Part shown: positions 1 to 8,975 of the stretch, one piece after another
How the letters are laid out: each line of letters opens with the position of its first letter
Numbering within the stretch: position 1 is the first letter of the stretch
Assembly: GCA_963691875.1 (NCBI GenBank)
Contig: OY829846.1
Span: forward strand, 3,296,001-3,360,000
From: Aureliella sp.
GTDB lineage: Bacteria > Planctomycetota > Planctomycetia > Pirellulales > Pirellulaceae
Direction: 5' to 3'
DNA length: 64,000 nucleotides
Program-made: the position numbers and the translations under genes
The notes under the pieces: model-generated
What the model saw: the letters and a program-made list of their open reading frames with translations, nothing else
Told to the model about the DNA's origin: nothing
Databases searched by the model: none

Positions 1-314
1 CCATTGACCAATTGCTCTGCGGTCAACATCCGATACTTTTCGATCGGAGCCTTGGAAAGCTTGGACTGCGAGCAGTAGCCGCAATCTTCGGGGCACAGGC
101 CACTCTTAGCGTTCACCAGGAAGTAGAGCTGAACCCGCTTGCCAAAGTGTTCCTGGCGAAGTCGGTAGGCGGCTGCAACAAGATCCAGTATGTCGTCATC
201 GGGGCAGGCCAAAATCTCTTCTGCTTGAGACTTTGCAATTGCTCCGCCCTGAAGGATTTCTTGAGCCCATTGATGCCATACAGTCGGGGTAGTGTTAGTG
301 CTAAGTTCGATCAT
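1..314 (-). CDS. bioB: Biotin synthase (radical SAM); 5' part only, continues off the window start
   Basis: Not in the ORF track. Manual translation from ATG 314 gives ...VQLYFLVNAKSGLCPEDCGYCSQSKLSKAPIEKYRML, the BioB NAKSGxCxEDCxYCxQS radical-SAM CxxxCxxC motif. Confidence 0.93.
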   Translation of the reverse strand, partial: MIELSTNTTPTVWHQWAQEILQGGAIAKSQAEEILACPDDDILDLVAAAYRLRQEHFGKRVQLYFLVNAKSGLCPEDCGYCSQSKLSKAPIEKYRMLTAEQLVN

Positions 315-413
315 TCGTAAACCGCGTGAATGCTTCCAAGTTTGCAGTAGGCTCTTAATTAAAGTCAAATAGTGCCTCTCTTGGAATGCCCTAACTACTT
401 TCACCGTGATTTT

Positions 414-1049
414 ATGGCTTCGATTCAACCTCAGAGTGACCAAGATTCCACCTCCGCTGACAAGCAGCTCGCGCCAACCGCCAAAGAAGACCGAGAGAAC
501 ACCGCCATTTGCGGATACTTTTTGCAAGTCGGCATCCATGGTCAAGTTGGGCGTTTCGAACTGGCCGAGCCCATGCAGCTACGCCGAAACGAACGCATGT
601 TTTGCCGAACGGCCCGAGGACTGGAACTAGGTCGCGTGCTAGCCCCCATTCGTGGAGAGCGAAAGTCTGGTGACGGTAAGGTGCTGAGGAAGATGCGTCC
701 AGAAGACGAATTGCTGTGGGGGCATCTACAAGAGCTCGGTGCGGCAGCGCTGAGCCGCTGCCAGGCATGGCTCGACGAGCACGCTACGGGTGAGGTTCTG
801 CTAGAGGTCGAACCATTAATGGACGGGCGGACACTGTATTTTCATTTTCTTTCTGAAGTGAGCGCGACAACCCAGCAGCAGATTGACAAGCTGGCAGCGT
901 TGTACGAACAAGAAGTTCAAGCCAGCGACTTCGCGAAACTTCTAGAAAAGGGCTGCGGACCAGGATGCGGAACCGAAGCGGCCGAAAATGGATGCGGTTC
1001 CAGTGGCGGTTGTGCTGTATGTAAGGTCGCTCAACTTTGCGGCAGGTGA
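414..1049 (+). CDS. PSP1/RicT(YaaT)-like protein with Cys-rich C-terminus
   Basis: RTARGLELGRVL, GKVLRKMRPED and EVEPLMDGRTLYFHF resemble PSP1/YaaT. Ends GCGPGCG..GCGSSGGCAVC. Start uncertain (372 or 414). Confidence 0.6.
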   Translation: MASIQPQSDQDSTSADKQLAPTAKEDRENTAICGYFLQVGIHGQVGRFELAEPMQLRRNERMFCRTARGLELGRVLAPIRGERKSGDGKVLRKMRPEDELLWGHLQELGAAALSRCQAWLDEHATGEVLLEVEPLMDGRTLYFHFLSEVSATTQQQIDKLAALYEQEVQASDFAKLLEKGCGPGCGTEAAENGCGSSGGCAVCKVAQLCGR

Positions 1050-1262
1050 TCCTGCGACGATCACTACAGGCACGATGCGCAAGCCAGTGAGTCCGTATCA
1101 AGGACCAAGTACCGCAGGTTGAAGAGCGGCTCACGAAACATCAGTCGGATTGACTCGCTTGAGCCTAGTGCCTGTATTTGTTTTCGGCTACCGCGGCGCA
1201 TTTGTATCTCGTCGGCGTCGCGTGTAGAAAACGAGCCGAAAAGTCAGGAACAGACAGTCTGC

Positions 1263-2186
1263 TTAGAGACTCAGGAATGCATCCGAGTAGTAGAAAGGGA
1301 CAAGGCAGCACTTCGATTCATTTTCGCCAGAATCTTCTTTTCGCTCGGCTCTAGTTGAACCGGAATCAGAATTTGGCCGACCCGAATCTGGACGTTCTTT
1401 GGATCTTCCGCCTCCACGACCAGAGCTTTGCCAACGCCGAGGAAGCTTGTCGAAGGGCGGGCCTTGAAGCTCTTCGAATTTGTCGCGATGCTCTTGAGAT
1501 AAGCTCTGAAGCAGCTTCTCGTTTGCTGCCTCCCGCATGCTGCGCATTTGTTCTTCGAGTCGCTTGCGCTTCTCCTTGAACTCGAGATTGGGCATTCCCA
1601 TGATCTTTTCGACTGCGGCTTCTCTTTTCTTGCGTTCCGCGTCGACTCGCTTCCGGAATGCCTTGAGTTCTTCATCGCTGAGTCCAACTCGCTTGGCTAC
1701 GAGTCGATTGCGGATCGACTCGGCCCTGCGATGCTGCATGAATAAACCGTAAAGTCGATCGACTGCCTTTTCGCCCGCAGTCTCCTCGATTTTCTTAAAT
1801 GCGTTCGAGCTGAGTTCCTTGAACAAAGATTCAATCTGCTTCTTAAGATCAGGCTTTTGATCTCGAAAGATTTCGATTAAGTCCTTGCCTGCTTCAATCC
1901 GCATCGCCTGCAGATCTTCCTGGAGTTCATCGCTGAGTTGAATTTCCTCTAGGACAGGCGTAAATCGCAACATGTCGAGAATTTCCTTTTCGCACGCATT
2001 CTGCATTGCCTCATGCAGCGCCTCCATCATTTCGCGGTTCATCCCGCCCTTACTGCGACTGCCTCGACCTCCTTGGGGAGGCTGAGCGATCGCAATCGTG
2101 CATCCCAAGGCCACGAACAGAGCCAAGACAGATCTGACAAGCAATTGGTTTAGCCGTGAAAGCTGTGACGAGAGGAGAGAGGACAT
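1263..2186 (-). CDS. Secreted/periplasmic helical protein with GGRG-rich termini; paralog of the upstream gene
   Basis: Signal-peptide-like ...CTIAIA|QPP, then a charged helical body. Shares MLR..V.EEI.L, RL.GLF.Q.R and FEEL.G..F with 2398..3309. Start ATG 2186 inferred. Confidence 0.7.
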   Translation of the reverse strand: MSSLLSSQLSRLNQLLVRSVLALFVALGCTIAIAQPPQGGRGSRSKGGMNREMMEALHEAMQNACEKEILDMLRFTPVLEEIQLSDELQEDLQAMRIEAGKDLIEIFRDQKPDLKKQIESLFKELSSNAFKKIEETAGEKAVDRLYGLFMQHRRAESIRNRLVAKRVGLSDEELKAFRKRVDAERKKREAAVEKIMGMPNLEFKEKRKRLEEQMRSMREAANEKLLQSLSQEHRDKFEELQGPPFDKLPRRWQSSGRGGGRSKERPDSGRPNSDSGSTRAERKEDSGENESKCCLVPFYYSDAFLSL

Positions 2187-2295
2187 ACCTAAACCCGGTT
2201 TTTTGCCATGGCTGGTGAAGCAAACCGTGAGCCTTGGCGTCGATATTCGCCCAATGCTAGACAGCAAGGCTATCTGATTCCATCTATTTAACCCG

Positions 2296-2323
2296 AAAAC
2301 GGACAGCGAGATTCGCTGTCCGT
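2296..2323 (-). terminator. Hairpin, possible intrinsic terminator of the 2398..3309 gene
   Basis: Perfect 11-bp inverted repeat ACGGACAGCGA-gat-TCGCTGTCCGT followed by a short T run on the minus strand. Confidence 0.5.
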
Positions 2324-2397
2324 CTTGAAGGAAGTCATTTTTTGCGTGGAAATCCGAGGGTATTTACACCTCGGTCTAGCGGATTCAAGGTTCCAGG

Positions 2398-3309
2398 CTA
2401 GATTCCAGGCCGACCACCTTGCCCAGGCCGACCACCTTCGCCACGACCACCTTCGCCACGACCACCTTCGCCACGACCGCCCTGACCACCTCGGCCGCCC
2501 TGACCACCTCGGCCGAAGCTACGTTCTGGAAACTCAAACTTGTCACCTTTCAGTTCTTCGAATCTCTTGTAAGCGTCTGGATCGGCCTTTTTGAAAGTAG
2601 ATTCCATCTTTTCACCTGACTCTTTGGTCATCTTTTCCATCTCCTCACGCATCTTGGTGAAGGCTTCTCGCATCTTGTCGCGATCAAATTCTGGGCGTCC
2701 GCCATCTTCACCACGGCCGCCGGGGCGGCCACCTTGGCCACGTCCGCCAAACAGGCCTTCCAACCCGTTTTCCTTCATAAACTCGTTACGAGCTTCTTCC
2801 ATTTCCTTCTGGATTTCTTTTTGAGCTTCCTTGATCTTCTTCATGGCAGCTTCCGACAGCTCGATCTTTTCCGAAATCAGCTTGTTCTCAATCGCGCGGA
2901 TACCGCGTTGCTGAGCGAAAAGTCCCATCAGTCGTGCTTGTTGGTTGGGTTCGAATACCTCGTCCATAAGGCCGCTGGCCTTTTCCTCGGTTTCTTCCAT
3001 CATTTCCTTGCGCTCATCTTCGCTCATTTGGAACATGGAGCGGAAATCGATCCGAACGTTCTCCTGCACAGCCTGGTAGATTTCGTCGTCGAGGCCGATT
3101 TCATCACGAACTTCTTCCATCCGTAGCATAGAAAAAAGCTCCAGTGTCGGTCCCATACTGAATCCGCCGCGGCCGCCGCCAAATCCACCAAATCCGCCAA
3201 ATCCGCCTTGACCACGGCCTCCTTGGCCGCGACCGGGCTGTGCCAAAACTATGGGTGAGAGACATAGGAGCAGAGCCAGGCTCATTAGAGACAAAGAACG
3301 AGTTTGCAT
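2398..3309 (-). CDS. Secreted/periplasmic helical protein with Gly/Arg-rich repeats (Spy/CpxP-like composition)
   Basis: GGAGG SD before ATG 3309; signal peptide ...SPIVLA|QPG; Met/Glu/Lys-rich helices; GGRG repeats at both ends. Confidence 0.75.
   Translation of the reverse strand: MQTRSLSLMSLALLLCLSPIVLAQPGRGQGGRGQGGFGGFGGFGGGRGGFSMGPTLELFSMLRMEEVRDEIGLDDEIYQAVQENVRIDFRSMFQMSEDERKEMMEETEEKASGLMDEVFEPNQQARLMGLFAQQRGIRAIENKLISEKIELSEAAMKKIKEAQKEIQKEMEEARNEFMKENGLEGLFGGRGQGGRPGGRGEDGGRPEFDRDKMREAFTKMREEMEKMTKESGEKMESTFKKADPDAYKRFEELKGDKFEFPERSFGRGGQGGRGGQGGRGEGGRGEGGRGEGGRPGQGGRPGI
2405..2516 (-). repeat. 15/18-bp coding tandem repeats (GGRGE / GGRGGQ)
   Basis: Repeated units CGACCACCTTCGCCA and GCCGCCCTGACCACCTCG are visible in the DNA. 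Confidence 0.85.
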
Positions 3310-3565
3310 GGAAAGTTTCCTCCAAGGTATGCGTTCGCAGAGTGAAAGGTTACCCAACTGGGCCGTCTGCGCGAAAGGGCTAGAATCTCATCTGTCCAAT
3401 CAAACCGGTTTTCGCGAAAAAAGTTCCGCTTTTTCGTAAGAAAGCTGGTCCGAAGCAAGTCGTAACTCTCAACCATCCAATTTTTAGCCGCTCACCAAAG
3501 GGCGATTCGCTTCGATTCAGCCCTTACTACTTCACTTGCCAATAACGCAGAAATAAACGAAACCG

Positions 3566-5716
3566 TTGTCCAGCGACTCCCAAGCCTCGAATTCGAACGC
3601 ATTTAGGCAGATCAGCCTGCGCACCGAGGTTCAGTTTTTGCCCGGCGTGAGCTCGGAGCGCGCTGCCTTGCTCGCGAAGCTGGGAGTTCGCACCGCAGCG
3701 GATCTTGTTTTCCTCTTTCCCCGATCACACGAAGCCCCAACCGATCTCGTTGAATCGGAGCAGTTTGAAGTCAACACACGTGCGTCCTTTCTCGGCACAG
3801 TCCTGGGAGTAGAACAACGCACGACTGCAAGCGGCAAACACATGCTTGGCGCCCAGGTCGCCACAGAAGACGGCAAGTCTCGCGTGCGGCTGCTCTGGTT
3901 CAATCAGCCCTTTCGTAGTCGTGACCTGTGGCAAGGTCGTCGACTACTTGCCACCGGAGTATTGAAATCCACCGTGCTAAACTGGGAGATGGTTCAGCCT
4001 CAAGTGCGGTACTTGGAGAAAGACGAGTTGCCTGAGTCCGAGCAGCCGCAGCCAGTCTATCCGCTCACCGAGGGACTCAAGCAATATCAGCTTCGCGCGT
4101 TGATGCGACAAGCGCTGCCACCAATCATAGACTCGCTGCAAGAAGTATTGCCCGAGTCGATTCGTATGCGTCTTGATGTACCAGGAATTCGAGAAGCGGC
4201 AAATTGGCTACACTTTCCCGAGTCGCTTGAGCGAGCGGACGATGCAATACGACGTTTCAAGTTGCAGGAGTTGTTTGTGCTCCAGCTGGCGATCAGCCTA
4301 CAACGCATTCAGCGCGAAAGCTCTGCGTTAGCGCCGGCATGCGAACCCTACGGCAAGCTACATTCTCGTATCTTGAATCGCCTCGGTGTTACTCTCACGC
4401 AAGATCAACTAGCTGCGATCGACGATATCGGACGTGATATGGCACGCAGCGTGCCGATGAATCGTTTGCTGCAAGGTGATGTCGGCAGTGGGAAAACCGT
4501 CGTCGCGCAATACGCTATGTTGCTCTGCGTGGCCCATGGTTTTCAAGCCGCTCTGATGGCACCGACAGATGTGCTCGCTCACCAGCACGCGCGTACTTTA
4601 GGAAAGAGCCTTGCGAGCAGCAGTGTACAAGCCGAGCTTTTGACGGGCTCGCTGACTGCCGCTCGCCGCCGCGATTGCCTGAAAAAAATCGCTGCTGGCA
4701 AAGTGGACTTGGTGGTCGGAACGCAAGCGTTACTTTCAGACAAGATAGAGTTTCCCAGGCTGGGATTGGTCATCGTCGACGAGCAACACAAGTTTGGCGT
4801 GCTGCAACGAGCCAAGCTACGTGTCGAAGAACAGCAGCCGCACTACTTGGTCTTGAGTGCCACACCAATTCCTAGAACCATTGCGATGACCGAGTTTGGT
4901 GACTTAGATGTAAGCGTCATTCGTGAAAAACCACCGGGTCGGGCACCCGTCAAGTCTTACATCAGTCAACATCATGAGTTGGATTCGTGGTGGCGTTTCG
5001 TCGAAGGCAAACTTAAGGAAGGCCGCCAAGCATTCGTGATTGCTCCACGCGTTGGAGCCACAGAATCCTCTCCAGCGGATTCAGAACCAACAACAAAGAC
5101 GGAGGAAACCGCGACGGCCGAAGGAGTCTTTCGCGTGTTACAGTCTGACGTCTTTCAACACCGAAATATTGGCCTGCTTCATGGCCGTATGTCTGGGGCT
5201 GAAAAAGAAGCTGCTCTCAGGGCTTTTTCGGAAGGTGAGTTCGAACTGCTCGTCGCGACGACTGTTGTCGAAGTGGGCATTGATGTTCCCAATGCAACGG
5301 TGATGACGATTCTCGATGCCAATCGCCTGGGACTTTCTCAATTACATCAATTGCGTGGTCGGGTTGGCCGTGGCTCGTTGCCAGGCTTCGCCTGTGCTGT
5401 CGCCTCGGCAGGATGCGACGCGGAGGAGCACAAGCGATTGAAGGCCTTTGAGTGCTGCACTGACGGATTCGAGTTGGCGGAACTCGACCTCAAACTACGC
5501 GGCCCAGGTGATCTGCTAGGAACTTCGCAAAGTGGTCTGCCACCGATGCGAGTCGCCAATTTGGTAGAAGATCAGCCGTTTTTGGAGTTAGCACGCCTTG
5601 TGGCCCAAGAAGTCTTGCAACAAGACCAAGGATTGGAGGAGCCGGAGTTCAAGAAACTCAAACGACAAGTGCTGCTTCGCTACGGCAACCTGCTTTCGAT
5701 TAGCGACGTGGGTTGA
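3566..5716 (+). CDS. recG: ATP-dependent DNA helicase RecG
   Basis: MNRLLQGDVGSGKT, DEQHKFG, SATPIPRT, TTVVEVGIDVPNA, QLHQLRGRVGRG, DLKLRGPGD motifs plus N-terminal wedge domain. Confidence 0.97.
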   Translation: MSSDSQASNSNAFRQISLRTEVQFLPGVSSERAALLAKLGVRTAADLVFLFPRSHEAPTDLVESEQFEVNTRASFLGTVLGVEQRTTASGKHMLGAQVATEDGKSRVRLLWFNQPFRSRDLWQGRRLLATGVLKSTVLNWEMVQPQVRYLEKDELPESEQPQPVYPLTEGLKQYQLRALMRQALPPIIDSLQEVLPESIRMRLDVPGIREAANWLHFPESLERADDAIRRFKLQELFVLQLAISLQRIQRESSALAPACEPYGKLHSRILNRLGVTLTQDQLAAIDDIGRDMARSVPMNRLLQGDVGSGKTVVAQYAMLLCVAHGFQAALMAPTDVLAHQHARTLGKSLASSSVQAELLTGSLTAARRRDCLKKIAAGKVDLVVGTQALLSDKIEFPRLGLVIVDEQHKFGVLQRAKLRVEEQQPHYLVLSATPIPRTIAMTEFGDLDVSVIREKPPGRAPVKSYISQHHELDSWWRFVEGKLKEGRQAFVIAPRVGATESSPADSEPTTKTEETATAEGVFRVLQSDVFQHRNIGLLHGRMSGAEKEAALRAFSEGEFELLVATTVVEVGIDVPNATVMTILDANRLGLSQLHQLRGRVGRGSLPGFACAVASAGCDAEEHKRLKAFECCTDGFELAELDLKLRGPGDLLGTSQSGLPPMRVANLVEDQPFLELARLVAQEVLQQDQGLEEPEFKKLKRQVLLRYGNLLSISDVG

Positions 5717-5801
5717 GGAATTTCGACTGAGCCATATTTTCGGTCCCTGGATCTGCAAAACGGCCCTGGAATCATTGGAACGAGCCAATTTCACCCATGT
5801 T

Positions 5802-5825
5802 GGATTTGCAAATCCTCGCATATGC
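5802..5825. promoter_or_regulatory. Perfect palindromes upstream of btaA (possible operator)
   Basis: GGATTTGCAAATCC (5802-5815) and GCATATGC (5818-5825) are each self-complementary. Confidence 0.35.
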
Positions 5826-5868
5826 TATGGGGCCGCCGATTTTGAATTTGAAACGATGAGACCCCTCA

Positions 5869-7056
5869 ATGTCCCTAAGCAACTGGATTAGTGGCCGAGT
5901 CTTCAAGCTCGTTCATGGCAACAATCTTGTCTACAACACCTGCTGGGAAGATCCAAGACTTGACCGCGAGGCACTGGAACTCACCTCTGAGGATCGCGTG
6001 CTGGTCATCACTTCTGCTGGCTGCAACGCTCTGGACTACGCACTTGTTGGCCCCGCACACGTCCACGCTGTCGACATGAACCCTCGGCAAAATGCACTTC
6101 TCGAATTGAAGATGGCCTGTATCCGCAAGCTGCAGTACGAGGACTTCTACAAGCTATTCGGCAACGGACATCACGCTAATGCGGGCAACATCTACCGGCA
6201 AACGCTCCGCGAAAACATGAGTGAGTGGTCCAAGGGCTATTGGGACAAGCACATCAAGTTCTTCGATCACATGAAGAAGACGTTCTACTATCGCGGTACT
6301 TCCGGCGTGTTCGCTCGTGGCATTCGCTTTTACATCGACAAAGTGGCCAAGCTGCGTCCAGAAGTCAATGAGCTGCTGGAATGTAAATCAGTAGGCGAGC
6401 AAAGTGAGATTTTCGAACGAATTCGAGATCGGTTCTGGTCACGAACCATGAAGTTTGCTCTGAATCGCGACTCAACCCTTTCGATGCTCGGAGTCCCGAA
6501 GGCTCAGCGGCAACAGATCGACAAGCAATATCCCGGCGGCATTCTGAGCTTCATCCAAGACTCGATGGAGTCGGTGTTTGCAAAGTTACCTTTGCACGAA
6601 AACTACTTCTGGCGCGTTTACATTACAGGCAGCTACAGTCCTGAGTGTTGCCCCGAGTATCTCCGTCCTGAAAACTTCCAGACCTTAAAAGACCGCAACG
6701 TGGAAGGTGTTTCCGTTCACACCGACAGCGTGCAAGGGTTTTTAGAGAAGTCCGAAGAGAAGATTTCTCGCTTCATCTTGCTGGACCACATGGATTGGTT
6801 GTCAGAGCACCTTTTCCCGATGCTTGAGCTCGAATGGCAGGCGATCCTGGACAAGGCGACTGATTCGGCCCGCATTTTGTGGCGCAGTGGAGGCCTCAAA
6901 ACAGACTTCATTGACCGGGTCCAAGTGATGCGTGATGGCAAGCAGACGTTCTTGCCCGAATTGTTGCAGTACCACGAAGAAAAAGCGGCTCAACTGCACG
7001 AGTTGGATCGAGTTCACACGTACGGCAGCTTCTACATCGCAGATCTTGCTGCATAG
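5869..7056 (+). CDS. btaA: SAM:diacylglycerol 3-amino-3-carboxypropyl transferase (DUF3419), betaine lipid synthesis
   Basis: LVYNTCWEDPRLD, VLVITSAGCNALDY, AVDMNPRQNALLELK, NYFW, LLDHMDW and DRVHTYGSF are BtaA/DUF3419 motifs. Confidence 0.9.
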   Translation: MSLSNWISGRVFKLVHGNNLVYNTCWEDPRLDREALELTSEDRVLVITSAGCNALDYALVGPAHVHAVDMNPRQNALLELKMACIRKLQYEDFYKLFGNGHHANAGNIYRQTLRENMSEWSKGYWDKHIKFFDHMKKTFYYRGTSGVFARGIRFYIDKVAKLRPEVNELLECKSVGEQSEIFERIRDRFWSRTMKFALNRDSTLSMLGVPKAQRQQIDKQYPGGILSFIQDSMESVFAKLPLHENYFWRVYITGSYSPECCPEYLRPENFQTLKDRNVEGVSVHTDSVQGFLEKSEEKISRFILLDHMDWLSEHLFPMLELEWQAILDKATDSARILWRSGGLKTDFIDRVQVMRDGKQTFLPELLQYHEEKAAQLHELDRVHTYGSFYIADLAA

Positions 7057-7068
7057 CGAGTTGGGCAC

Positions 7069-7797
7069 ATGGGATTTCTATCCGACCTCAAGATCCTCTA
7101 CCACCTTGCACTCAGGCCGGTGCGTGGGAAGGACCATGCCGAGCGCATGGAGAACTTCTATTCTGGCCAAGCCGGAGCGTACGACGACTTCCGCAAACGG
7201 TTGTTGCATGGTCGCGAGGAATTGTTCCAGCAGATCGAAATTCCTGAAAATGCTTCTTGGGTGGACCTAGGTGGTGGCACAGGCGCCAACATGGAATTCA
7301 TCGCTGACCGCGTACCCTCGTTGGAGCGTGCTTACGTCGTAGATCTTGCTAGCTCGCTACTTGAAGTCGCCTCGGATCGCTTTAAGAAGCATGGTTGGGA
7401 TCACGTTCAGGCCGTTGAGGCGGATGCGACGACCTGGCAGCCGCCGGAAGGCCAAGTGGATGTAGTGACATTCTCTTATTCCCTGACCATGATCCCAGAT
7501 TGGTTTGGCGCAATCGAAAATGCGCTGAGGATGCTCAAGCCCGGTGGAAGAATTGGTGTGGTGGACTTTTATGTCTCCCGAAAGCATGCTCAAGAAGATC
7601 TGGTAAAGCATCGCTGGTTCACTCGACACTTTTGGCCAACTTGGTTTGCTTCCGACAACGTTTTTCCGTCGCCAGATCATTTGCCTTTTCTACTCAGGCA
7701 TAGCGAGAAAGTTCTGCTCAACGAATCCAGATCGAAGGTTCCATACATTCCCTTCATACGAACGCCGTTTTATCAGTACATCGGTCGCAAAGCTTAG
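7069..7797 (+). CDS. btaB: SAM-dependent N-methyltransferase of betaine lipid (DGTS) synthesis
   Basis: [42 protein letters not shown] and GVVDFYVS match BtaB and the BTA1 methyltransferase domain; lies 12 bp after btaA. Confidence 0.85.
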   Translation: MGFLSDLKILYHLALRPVRGKDHAERMENFYSGQAGAYDDFRKRLLHGREELFQQIEIPENASWVDLGGGTGANMEFIADRVPSLERAYVVDLASSLLEVASDRFKKHGWDHVQAVEADATTWQPPEGQVDVVTFSYSLTMIPDWFGAIENALRMLKPGGRIGVVDFYVSRKHAQEDLVKHRWFTRHFWPTWFASDNVFPSPDHLPFLLRHSEKVLLNESRSKVPYIPFIRTPFYQYIGRKA

Positions 7798-7919
7798 ATG
7801 AAAACCGTCTTCTGTTACCCTAGCATCATTGCGGTTTTGGAATGAGCACCCTCGGATCAGTCTAAATATCTTGGCTGCATCTGACCGTAGCTACGACGAA
7901 TGATGAATCCTAGTCAACT

Positions 7920-8006
7920 TCAGCACCTGAAGTCATACATCGCTGCAATAAAAGCCATACCGAAACCCACCCAAAAGAAGTAACCAGATACAGCTGAGTA
8001 TTGCAA
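7920..8006 (-). CDS. Possible 28-aa small membrane protein
   Basis: TTG start with GAGGT SD 6 nt upstream; translates MQYSAVSGYFFWVGFGMAFIAAMYDFRC, one hydrophobic segment. Confidence 0.3.
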   Translation of the reverse strand: MQYSAVSGYFFWVGFGMAFIAAMYDFRC

Positions 8007-8038
8007 TGGGCGACCTCAAGTCGCAAACTTTTGTGCGA

Positions 8039-8773
8039 TCAGTAGGGATGCCCAAGTGCTTCGCATAAGAACTCCATCCAAGGTCGGGATTTCTTAACTA
8101 GCAGATTGATAGTGGTCACCAGATCTGCATTCTGAACCCGAGCTTTGCTTAAAGAGGACATAGCGATAAAGCTCTTTAGTCGCAGAACATCGATCATAGG
8201 GTGATCTTTCGCATAACCACGAGGAGAGGTCTTCAAGCGATCATCGTAGACTTCGAACCTTTCTCGAAACCCCTTTTGCCTAACAACCTTCCTCCACCGA
8301 TCTGGGTAGTTATCGACGTGCTGCCGTAGCAACGAAAGCGAATCGGATGCGGGACGCCACAGCCCCGCACCAAAGAAACACTCTTTTGCATCAACATGGA
8401 TATAGACACCTGCAGCATGGACATCGCGACCAAGCTCGTGTCGGAACTGGATGCCAATATTGGTCTTATATGGTGTCTTTTCCCTAGAGAAACGCGTATC
8501 TCGGTAAATCCTCATCAGGCTCCCCCCTGACTTCTTCGCGTCGGCTACCAAAAGAGGTGCTGACGATTCAAGGACAGGTTTCATGGCTTGGATCAATTCC
8601 AACGCTGGGTTGAGGAAGTCTGCTTCGTAGTGAGCTCTATTGTTCTGAAACCACTCTCGGTTGTTGTTCTTGTCTAACGATCTTAGGAATCGAAAGGTGC
8701 TTTTCGGAAAGCCCTGGAAGCTCTGTAATTTGGCAGTCATTTCAGCTGGTTTCCTCTTAGGCACTTTGGGCAT
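8039..8773 (-). CDS. DUF2461 (TIGR02453) family protein
   Basis: FLRSLDKNNNREWF and MRIYRDTRFSREKTPYKTN are characteristic of the family. Confidence 0.9.
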   Translation of the reverse strand: MPKVPKRKPAEMTAKLQSFQGFPKSTFRFLRSLDKNNNREWFQNNRAHYEADFLNPALELIQAMKPVLESSAPLLVADAKKSGGSLMRIYRDTRFSREKTPYKTNIGIQFRHELGRDVHAAGVYIHVDAKECFFGAGLWRPASDSLSLLRQHVDNYPDRWRKVVRQKGFRERFEVYDDRLKTSPRGYAKDHPMIDVLRLKSFIAMSSLSKARVQNADLVTTINLLVKKSRPWMEFLCEALGHPY

Positions 8774-8870
8774 CCTCCAAATTTAGTTCTTTTGAGTCGT
8801 CATCAATGCTGCTTCGTACTGGCCTAAGCAGTTCCTTAGGTTCAATTGTTTTCAAAAGTTGTGAATCCGG

Positions 8871-8910
8871 TGCAAGATGATACTTGCAAGAATCGATTTT
8901 GGGTTACAAT
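8871..8910 (+). promoter_or_regulatory. Inverted repeat TGCAAG-N6-CTTGCA overlapping a possible sigma70 promoter
   Basis: TGCAAG 8871-8876 and CTTGCA 8883-8888; TTGCAA 8884-8889 and TACAAT 8905-8910 with a sub-optimal 15-bp spacer. Confidence 0.35.
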
Positions 8911-8975
8911 GCGGCACCATTGCACATAACACGTTACGTTTTTAAGATTCATTGTTTTGAAGGGGGTCCTGACCA

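Noticed and set aside
12..320. + strand 102-aa ORF
   Set aside because: Antisense shadow of bioB, whose radical-SAM motif is on the minus strand.
2325..2619. DHLRH / TTFAT repeat ORFs and possible CRISPR-like periodicity
   Set aside because: Antisense frames of the GGRGE coding repeat; no unique spacers and no cas genes.
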